From Pseudomonadota bacterium (GTDB taxonomy: Bacteria; Pseudomonadota; Gammaproteobacteria; Steroidobacterales; Woeseiaceae), in contig JAYZHY010000032.1 in assembly GCA_036166115.1 (NCBI GenBank), positions 1 to 32,561 of the forward strand: DNA of 32,561 bases, read 5' to 3'. Below the pieces are notes generated by a model, which made no database searches, was not told the DNA's origin, and saw nothing but the letters and a program-made list of their open reading frames with translations. Shown in pieces: positions 26,729 through 32,561 of this stretch. Within the stretch, counting starts at the first letter, position 1. Each line of letters starts with the position of its first letter. Both the position numbers and the translations under genes were made by a program.

Positions 26729-27574
26729 ATGAGTTCAGAGATTATATTTAAACGCTTAACTTGGCTTATTGTCGGAGGGCTTTGTGGTTTATTATTTGCT
26801 GGTTACGGTATATTTACAAAAATCTCCATTAATCAAACTCTTGACAGTAATACAATCGCGACCGTCAATAATGCTCTAATTACAAGAGAAACTTATTTAC
26901 GTGCAATTGATCGATACAATAGTGACACAAAAGATGCTTTGGACAAGAATGACCGTGCATGGGTTTTGCAAAGACTAATAGAAGAAGAGTTACTTGTTCA
27001 ACGTGGGTTATCGTTAGGCATAATAACAACAGACAATGATGTAAGGGGAGCCATAGTTCGCGCTCTTATCGCCTCAATAAATGCTGAGGCAGCTGCAATG
27101 ATGCCGAATGAAGAAGAACTGTTCGAATATTACAACTCAAACGAAGAAAAATTCACTTACCCAGCTACCATTTCAATTCAAGCTTGGGTCTCATCAACTG
27201 AAGAAGATGCCTTATTACTAAAAAAAGGCCTCCTTGAGAACAAGGAATCTGAAAAGTACGAAAATATTAGACTTTTGAAAAATATACCCAGTGGTCTTTT
27301 AACTTTAAATAAAATTAGAGAATATCTCGGCCCTTCTATCGCATCGGCAATCAAATTAGAAACTGAAAATAATGTAATTATTCAATACTCACAGGACAGA
27401 TGGTACATCGTCTACATTATTGAAAAAAACGTTGGTGTAGTGGAACCTTTTGAAAATATTAAACACCAAATACACAATGAATTCATTAGATCTGAAGCCG
27501 ATAAGAAGTTAAGAGAATATATCAATAACCTCAAAGACAATGCATCCATCGCTTACTCCAATGAAGCGCTATGA
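26729..27574 (+). CDS. Membrane-anchored PpiD/SurA-like periplasmic chaperone / degenerate parvulin-type PPIase
   Basis: 281 aa with an N-terminal TM helix (LTWLIVGGLCGLLFAGYGIF). IATVNNALITRETYLRAI and LIEEELLVQRGLSLGI resemble the SurA/PpiD N-terminal chaperone domain. The C-terminal part is only weakly parvulin-like. The assignment is tentative. Confidence 0.45.
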   Translation: MSSEIIFKRLTWLIVGGLCGLLFAGYGIFTKISINQTLDSNTIATVNNALITRETYLRAIDRYNSDTKDALDKNDRAWVLQRLIEEELLVQRGLSLGIITTDNDVRGAIVRALIASINAEAAAMMPNEEELFEYYNSNEEKFTYPATISIQAWVSSTEEDALLLKKGLLENKESEKYENIRLLKNIPSGLLTLNKIREYLGPSIASAIKLETENNVIIQYSQDRWYIVYIIEKNVGVVEPFENIKHQIHNEFIRSEADKKLREYINNLKDNASIAYSNEAL

Positions 27575-28791
27575 ATAGACACATATCAACCCCAAGCTTA
27601 ATGATATGGATAATTTTTTGCATGTTCTTTGCAACTGCGCATGCTCATACTAAAAGTGAAAGTTATTCAAATTGGACATTGAATCAAAACAACATTACCG
27701 GCGTTATTACGATACCTTCATATGAGGTAACCCGTTTACCTGAAATTCAATCAAGCAATCAATCCTTAACAAGGGTATTTCTTGAACACGCAAAAAACAC
27801 AATAAATATAAAAACAAAGGATCAAAGTTGTACTCTTAAATCAGATCAATCTTTGAATGCTTCGGAAGAATTCGTCCGAATTGAATTACAGTATCAATGC
27901 AATACCGATTCAGTTTTTAATATAGATTACAGAGCCATCTTTGATGTATCTCCTTCTCATACTCACTACGCCAAAATATACAAACAAGGAATCTTAATCT
28001 CAGAATTACTCCTCAATAATTCATCTGGAATATGGAAGATTGATCCCACGATTATTGCAAAAGAAAATAGCTCTCTCCAAAGCTTCTTTAAACTCGGACT
28101 TGAACATATCCTTGGCGGGTATGATCATCTGGCTTTTTTATTTGGCATACTCTTAGTTGCCAATACAATGTTACGAAGTGTTATTGCTATTTCTGGATTT
28201 ACTCTGGGTCACAGTGCCAGTTTATTTGTAGCAACTATTGGTTTGGTGGAGGCAAACAGCAGGATAGTGGAAGTTTTTATTGGCTTCACCATAGCATTGA
28301 TGGCCATTGAATACGCTAACAAAAGACACTCAAAATACTCGTCACAACTCTCAAAAGTATTCCCTTTAATATTATTTTTCATCGCTATATTGGGATTAAT
28401 GTCAGGAAATATCTCACTCAAAGCAAGCATTGGTTACTTAGGTTTATGTTTGTTTACCTATTGCTACTTAAATACAGAAAGACTGTTAACTGTAATAAAT
28501 TCAGATAAAACAAAATATCTGCTTCTCTCAACAGCATTAATATTTGGCTTTATTCACGGGCTAGGGTTTGCAGGATTTCTCAGAGATAGTGGTATTGAAA
28601 ATACTGGTATTTTATGGCCATTACTCGGATTTAACCTTGGTCTTGAATTCGGTCAATTGTGTATAATTGTATTAGTTTGGGTTATTTTTCGAAAAACAAA
28701 ACATTTAATTAAAGAGCCGATACCATCTATGGCATCAGGCGGACTCTTTGGAATTGGTTTTTATTGGCTGATTTTCAGAACATTTACTTAA
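27571..28791 (+). CDS. HupE/UreJ-family (type 2) putative metal permease with an extra N-terminal periplasmic domain
   Basis: 406 aa; the start overlaps the previous stop (ATGA at 27571-27574). Signal peptide ...FATAHA|HTKS, then a ~145-aa soluble domain, then ~6 TM helices beginning EHILGGYDHLAFLFGILL (H-x5-D-H at nt 28105-28128) and a later FGFIHGLGFAGF. Confidence 0.65.
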   Translation: MNRHISTPSLMIWIIFCMFFATAHAHTKSESYSNWTLNQNNITGVITIPSYEVTRLPEIQSSNQSLTRVFLEHAKNTINIKTKDQSCTLKSDQSLNASEEFVRIELQYQCNTDSVFNIDYRAIFDVSPSHTHYAKIYKQGILISELLLNNSSGIWKIDPTIIAKENSSLQSFFKLGLEHILGGYDHLAFLFGILLVANTMLRSVIAISGFTLGHSASLFVATIGLVEANSRIVEVFIGFTIALMAIEYANKRHSKYSSQLSKVFPLILFFIAILGLMSGNISLKASIGYLGLCLFTYCYLNTERLLTVINSDKTKYLLLSTALIFGFIHGLGFAGFLRDSGIENTGILWPLLGFNLGLEFGQLCIIVLVWVIFRKTKHLIKEPIPSMASGGLFGIGFYWLIFRTFT

Positions 28792-28828
28792 AAAAATCAT
28801 ACTTAACCATATAGAGAGGAATGTATAC

Positions 28829-30175
28829 ATGGAGCACGCAGGAATAATAACATTGGTACCTACATTTGTAGTTCTTGCCACCGCTATTATCACTCATCGT
28901 CCCGTTGCATCACTCATTGTAGGTGTTCTGGTCGGCATATTATTAAATACCCCAAAAAATATACTCGGGTCTTTCTCTGAAATTACATTGGAGGTTATGC
29001 AAGACCCACAGATTGCATGGGTAATTATGGTCTGCGGTTTAATGGGCAGTCTTTTTTATTTACTGATGGCTGCAGGAGGTGTAGAAGCATTTACATTGGC
29101 CATGGCTAAAAGAGCAAATACCAGAAAAAAATCACTCCTAATTACTTGGTTTCTGGGTTTAACAATGTTTTTGGATGACTACCTGAGTGCCATTGTAATT
29201 GGTAACTCAATGAAAAAAGTAACCGATAAATTTAAGGTTTCACGTTCTATGTTGGCATATATCGTTGACTCTACTGCTGCACCAATATGCGTCTTAGTTC
29301 CAATATCTACATGGGCGGTATACTTCTCAGTAATACTTGAATCAACCGATAACATTTCTTTAGGCGAAGGGATGCAATACTATATCTCAGCAATTCCATT
29401 TATGTTCTATCCAATTGTTGCGCTGCTCTTAGTCCCGCTGGTTGCTTCCGAACGCTTTCCGCTTATTGGGCCAATGAAAGAAGAAGAATTAAAAGCCAGT
29501 CATATGAATTCGATCTCTCAGTCAAAAGATCAAGATTCAAAAAACATAAGAACACAATCAAACATATGGGTGTTTGTGCTGCCATTGCTAACCCTTATTT
29601 TATTTTCTTGGTTTAACAATATTGATTTGCTTCGTGGAATTATTGCAACTTTAATGCTCGTCATACCAATTATGATTGGATTAAAGATAATTGACATGAA
29701 TAGCGCCTTTGACGCAATACTTGATGGTTTTAAAGTCATGATCCCGCCGTTAATGATTGTTGTCGCGGCTTTTATGTTTAAAGTCATTAATGATCAATTA
29801 GGAATGCCTCAATATGTTATCGAGACGATGAAACCAATATTGTCGCCAACTTTGTTTCCAGTAATCGTTTTTATCACAATGGCTTTTGTCTCATTTGCCA
29901 CCGCCTCAAATTGGGGGATCTACCTTATTGTAATACCAATAGTTCTTCCTTTGGGAATCGCTCTTGAGGTTCCAATACCTCTAATCATTGGCGCTGTTCT
30001 CTCGGCAAGTACATTTGGAAGTCATGCGTGTTTTTATACTGATGCCACAGTACTTGCCGCACAAAGTAGTGGTGTCGATACCATAAAGCATGCCTTAACA
30101 CAATTTCCATATGCACTTATTGCCGCGTTAACCGCATCGATCGCTTATATCGCCTATGCTTATATAGTAATATGA
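28829..30175 (+). CDS. NhaC-family transporter (second copy in the window)
   Basis: 448 aa, polytopic, and colinear with 2026..3438. Compare LAYIVDSTAAPICVLVPISTWAVY with LAYLIDATSAPVCVMVPLNAWTAV, and the C-terminal FGSHACFYTDATV with FGDHASPISDTTV. GAGAGGA lies upstream. Confidence 0.75.
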   Translation: MEHAGIITLVPTFVVLATAIITHRPVASLIVGVLVGILLNTPKNILGSFSEITLEVMQDPQIAWVIMVCGLMGSLFYLLMAAGGVEAFTLAMAKRANTRKKSLLITWFLGLTMFLDDYLSAIVIGNSMKKVTDKFKVSRSMLAYIVDSTAAPICVLVPISTWAVYFSVILESTDNISLGEGMQYYISAIPFMFYPIVALLLVPLVASERFPLIGPMKEEELKASHMNSISQSKDQDSKNIRTQSNIWVFVLPLLTLILFSWFNNIDLLRGIIATLMLVIPIMIGLKIIDMNSAFDAILDGFKVMIPPLMIVVAAFMFKVINDQLGMPQYVIETMKPILSPTLFPVIVFITMAFVSFATASNWGIYLIVIPIVLPLGIALEVPIPLIIGAVLSASTFGSHACFYTDATVLAAQSSGVDTIKHALTQFPYALIAALTASIAYIAYAYIVI

Positions 30176-30219
30176 AATGCGTAAATTTATGATACAACAC
30201 CCTAGGAGCTAGATGGAGC

Positions 30220-31767
30220 ATGAAAACCATCCAAAAATTTTCAAATAATCTCTCTGGAATAAACATACTGCTTACCTCTCTGGCTACATTAATTGTTCTA
30301 GTTTTTCTTGCTTTTATCCTTGCCAATCCTGCTCTTGTTAATGATTTTGCCGACTTCTGGAAAAGATTGATTGCAAAATATTTTGCAGGTTATCTAATAT
30401 GGATAGTGACGATTGTTGCAATCTTTAATATTGCGGTTGCCTTAACCCCATTTGGTAAGATTAAATTAGGTAAGGATCATGAAAAACCTGAGTTCAGCCG
30501 TTTCTCATGGTTTTCAATGTTATTTGGTGCTGGCGTCGGCACAGGTATTTTGTTTTATGGTGTAGCCGAACCTATATCCCATTTACAGAATAATCCATTC
30601 TTGGGGATAGAAAATGTTGCACCTATCACAACTGAAGCAGGAGTCATTGCACAACGAATCACTTTATTTCATTGGGGCTTGCATGGCTGGGCTTGCTATT
30701 CATTTGTTGGATTATGTTTAGGTTACTTTTCTTATCGCAAAGGTCTACCGCTTACTATTCGATCAGCGCTTCATCCTTTTTTGGGCGACAAAATATATGG
30801 ATTTACAGGGGATATTGTTGATCTCGTCGCCGTTTTTAGCACGCTCTTTGGTATTACCGTATCTCTTGGGTTAGGTGCCTCACAAATGTCTAGTGGCTTA
30901 GAATATTTATTTAATATAGAAATAACGCCAATATTTAAACTTGGGGTTGTGCTAGTTGTATCTGCTATCGCCACAATATCGGTTGTGTCTGGACTAAACA
31001 AAGGAATAAAGCTGCTTAGCGAGATAAACATATGGTTATGCATTATCTTGTTATCATTTATCATACTAGCAGGCCCCACACTTATAATATTTTCTGGCTT
31101 AATAACAGGAACAATTGATTATTTTGCAACCCTTATACCACTTAGTGTTTGGGTCGACCCTACCGAAGAAAAGAGTTGGCAAACTGCTTGGACCCTATTT
31201 TATTGGGGATGGTGGATTTCATGGGGGCCTTTTGTTGGAATGTTTATGGCTAGAATATCGAGGGGTAGAACAATCAGGGAATATGTCGCTGGGACCTTAC
31301 TCTTTCCAGTTCTGATTGGATTTGTGTGGTTGATTGTTTTTGGCGCAACTGCGTTGCACCTTCAATTAAATGGCCCTGGTGGGCTTGTGGAGGCTGTCAA
31401 TAAAGATATTACTCAAGCCATATTTACCGCTTATGAATTATTGGATGTAAAGTGGGCAACCTGGTTTATTTCCCTCCTTACTACTGTATTAATTGCTTCT
31501 TGGTTTGTTACATCTTCTGACTCGGCCACACTGGTAATCTGCACAATCCTGTGCCTTGGGAAGAAACGACCACCCAAGCCTCTCAGAATATTTTGGGGGG
31601 TCGTTATTGGTTTTGTGGCAGGACTGCTATTATTATATGGTGGATTAGGCGCCCTTCAAATTGCCTCCACATCAATAGCTATTCCATTTTCTATTGTCCT
31701 GATATTAATGATATTTGGTTTATCTAAATCTCTCTATCAATCAGAAAAAAACAATTTAAATAATTAA
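30220..31767 (+). CDS. BCCT-family (betaine/carnitine/choline) transporter
   Basis: 515 aa. WTLFYWGWWISWGPFVGMFMARISRGRTIREY is the BCCT signature tryptophan box, and FGAGVGTGILFYGVAEP is also family-typical. Confidence 0.85.
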   Translation: MKTIQKFSNNLSGINILLTSLATLIVLVFLAFILANPALVNDFADFWKRLIAKYFAGYLIWIVTIVAIFNIAVALTPFGKIKLGKDHEKPEFSRFSWFSMLFGAGVGTGILFYGVAEPISHLQNNPFLGIENVAPITTEAGVIAQRITLFHWGLHGWACYSFVGLCLGYFSYRKGLPLTIRSALHPFLGDKIYGFTGDIVDLVAVFSTLFGITVSLGLGASQMSSGLEYLFNIEITPIFKLGVVLVVSAIATISVVSGLNKGIKLLSEINIWLCIILLSFIILAGPTLIIFSGLITGTIDYFATLIPLSVWVDPTEEKSWQTAWTLFYWGWWISWGPFVGMFMARISRGRTIREYVAGTLLFPVLIGFVWLIVFGATALHLQLNGPGGLVEAVNKDITQAIFTAYELLDVKWATWFISLLTTVLIASWFVTSSDSATLVICTILCLGKKRPPKPLRIFWGVVIGFVAGLLLLYGGLGALQIASTSIAIPFSIVLILMIFGLSKSLYQSEKNNLNN

Positions 31768-32343
31768 ATCAATACCAAATTCACCGCCAGCATGCTCAAG
31801 CCACCTCGCAACATATTCAGCATAACTGCGTCGCACAATAAGGTTGAACTTTGGAGAGCCATCGATTAATGACAGCAATATATTGGCTTTTGATAACCCT
31901 GTTTGAGCACATTGACCTTGCAAAAATACACCTTCATCCACATTTAGAGTGCAGCCTTTAGCAAGTATGTCTCTAACATGTTTTCCTTGGAGTGTCATTT
32001 GAACTAGGCCTCCTGTTTGATCAATTGCATGCATATTGACCTCTGATTTTATATTTTTGATAAGCCCTTTAATATCAGACTGACTGGCAACTAACCATTC
32101 ATTGGGACTCATCCAATACATCACATGCCTATCAACATTAAAAATATTAAAATCTAATGGTAGTGATTGCCCAAAAAGCTCTTCTGCATGCATTAAAAAT
32201 TCATTATCTTTAGAAGAACCTCGAATGATTAAGAAATTATAATTGGTTTCCACCTCAACGATTAACCCAGCTGAACCTGTATCAAGTGATTGTCGATTTT
32301 TTAGATAATCCTCAAGTGCATGACCTATAGAGTTACTTGACAT
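31756..32343 (-). CDS. soxG: Sarcosine oxidase gamma subunit
   Basis: 195 aa, immediately downstream of and overlapping by 11 nt the 3' end of a soxA-like gene. The size and SPNEWLVAS (compare GPDEWLL) fit SoxG. Similarity in this family is generally weak, so this rests partly on context. Confidence 0.6.
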   Translation of the reverse strand: MSSNSIGHALEDYLKNRQSLDTGSAGLIVEVETNYNFLIIRGSSKDNEFLMHAEELFGQSLPLDFNIFNVDRHVMYWMSPNEWLVASQSDIKGLIKNIKSEVNMHAIDQTGGLVQMTLQGKHVRDILAKGCTLNVDEGVFLQGQCAQTGLSKANILLSLIDGSPKFNLIVRRSYAEYVARWLEHAGGEFGIDLII

Positions 32344-32561
32344 GTTGTCTTGCTCCTTTTAGATCATAAAAAATTGGCTTAACGACTGAAACTTCTACCT
32401 CATTACCATCAGATGAAACTGCCAATAATTTCTCATCATAACGGTTTCTTCCAGATTCAAGTAATGCTAGTGCAATAGGGTGATCTAATATTGGGCTATA
32501 ATAACTTGAACTAACATGGCCACACATTGCTGTAGGTCCTGAGTCGGCTATTCTTTTTATT
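32333..32561 (-). CDS. soxA: Sarcosine oxidase alpha subunit, C-terminal fragment; the 5' end lies beyond the window
   Basis: The minus-strand frame stays open to the window edge (...IKRIADSGPTQMCGHVSSSYYSPILDHPIALALLESG...). G.V.S..YSP.L..PIALALL is the C-terminal barrel of the aminomethyltransferase (GcvT)-like domain found at the end of SoxA. Confidence 0.7.
   Translation of the reverse strand, partial: IKRIADSGPTAMCGHVSSSYYSPILDHPIALALLESGRNRYDEKLLAVSSDGNEVEVSVVKPIFYDLKGARQHVK

Noticed and set aside
3709-31315. Other short nested or antisense ORFs (3709..3921+, 6025..6210+, 7185..7430-, 8525..8731-, 9696..9986+, 11170..11355-, 14733..14936-, 15484..15678-, 18059..18265+, 18657..18923-, 21591..21896+, 22185..22403+, 22340..22570+, 23511..23768+, 24446..24643+, 25070..25306+, 25749..25997-, 26314..26598-, 28209..28430-, 29530..29787-, 30117..30326-, 30771..31079-, 31115..31315+)
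   Set aside because: Each overlaps a longer ORF that has clear family motifs. None has a recognisable domain or signal, so I treat them as non-coding frames.
1-32561. Searched by eye for tRNA/rRNA genes, CRISPR repeat-spacer periodicity, IS inverted repeats, integrase/transposase/phage genes, defence-system hallmarks (nucleases, helicases, methyltransferases) and riboswitch-sized leaders
   Set aside because: Nothing convincing was found. The intergenic regions are short (mostly under 170 nt) and AT-rich without periodic repeats, and every long ORF is accounted for by metabolic, transport or secreted proteins.

Overview
Compact chromosomal segment, about 40% GC by eye, that looks like a streamlined marine proteobacterium. 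A gammaproteobacterial origin is only a guess. I support 29 protein-coding genes, two of them truncated by the window edges. I found no rRNA, tRNA, CRISPR array, transposase or integrase, and no recognisable transcription factor. Left to right: (i) a polyamine-type operon of class-III aminotransferase, GNAT acetyltransferase, acetylpolyamine-amidohydrolase-like deacetylase and an NhaC-family transporter; (ii) dapF, an AlaX-type tRNA-editing protein, and a HisC-like PLP aminotransferase with a twin-arginine leader; (iii) two tandem diverged paralogs of an ~800-aa secreted CBM9-like/DUF5916-like protein; (iv) the most unusual block, ~12.3-19.9 kb. It holds a ThDP enzyme with an in-frame Tat leader but no canonical start codon, translationally coupled to a monoheme cytochrome c. 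It also holds three copies of a small secreted domain whose predicted mature N-terminus is His-His-Ser, and three copies of a second two-cysteine secreted domain. These two domains occur as two fusions plus one split pair, flanking a LigB-type extradiol dioxygenase and a GST; (v) a minus-strand set of GSA-aminomutase-like aminotransferase, TPR lipoprotein and MFS sugar porter; (vi) a module of membrane-anchored Cys-rich DUF3604 (PHP-like) protein, PpiD/SurA-like protein and HupE/UreJ-like metal permease; (vii) a second NhaC-family transporter, a BCCT transporter, and the soxG and soxA (3' end) sarcosine oxidase genes. All family assignments come from motifs read by eye and from memory of these families. 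No database search was run.
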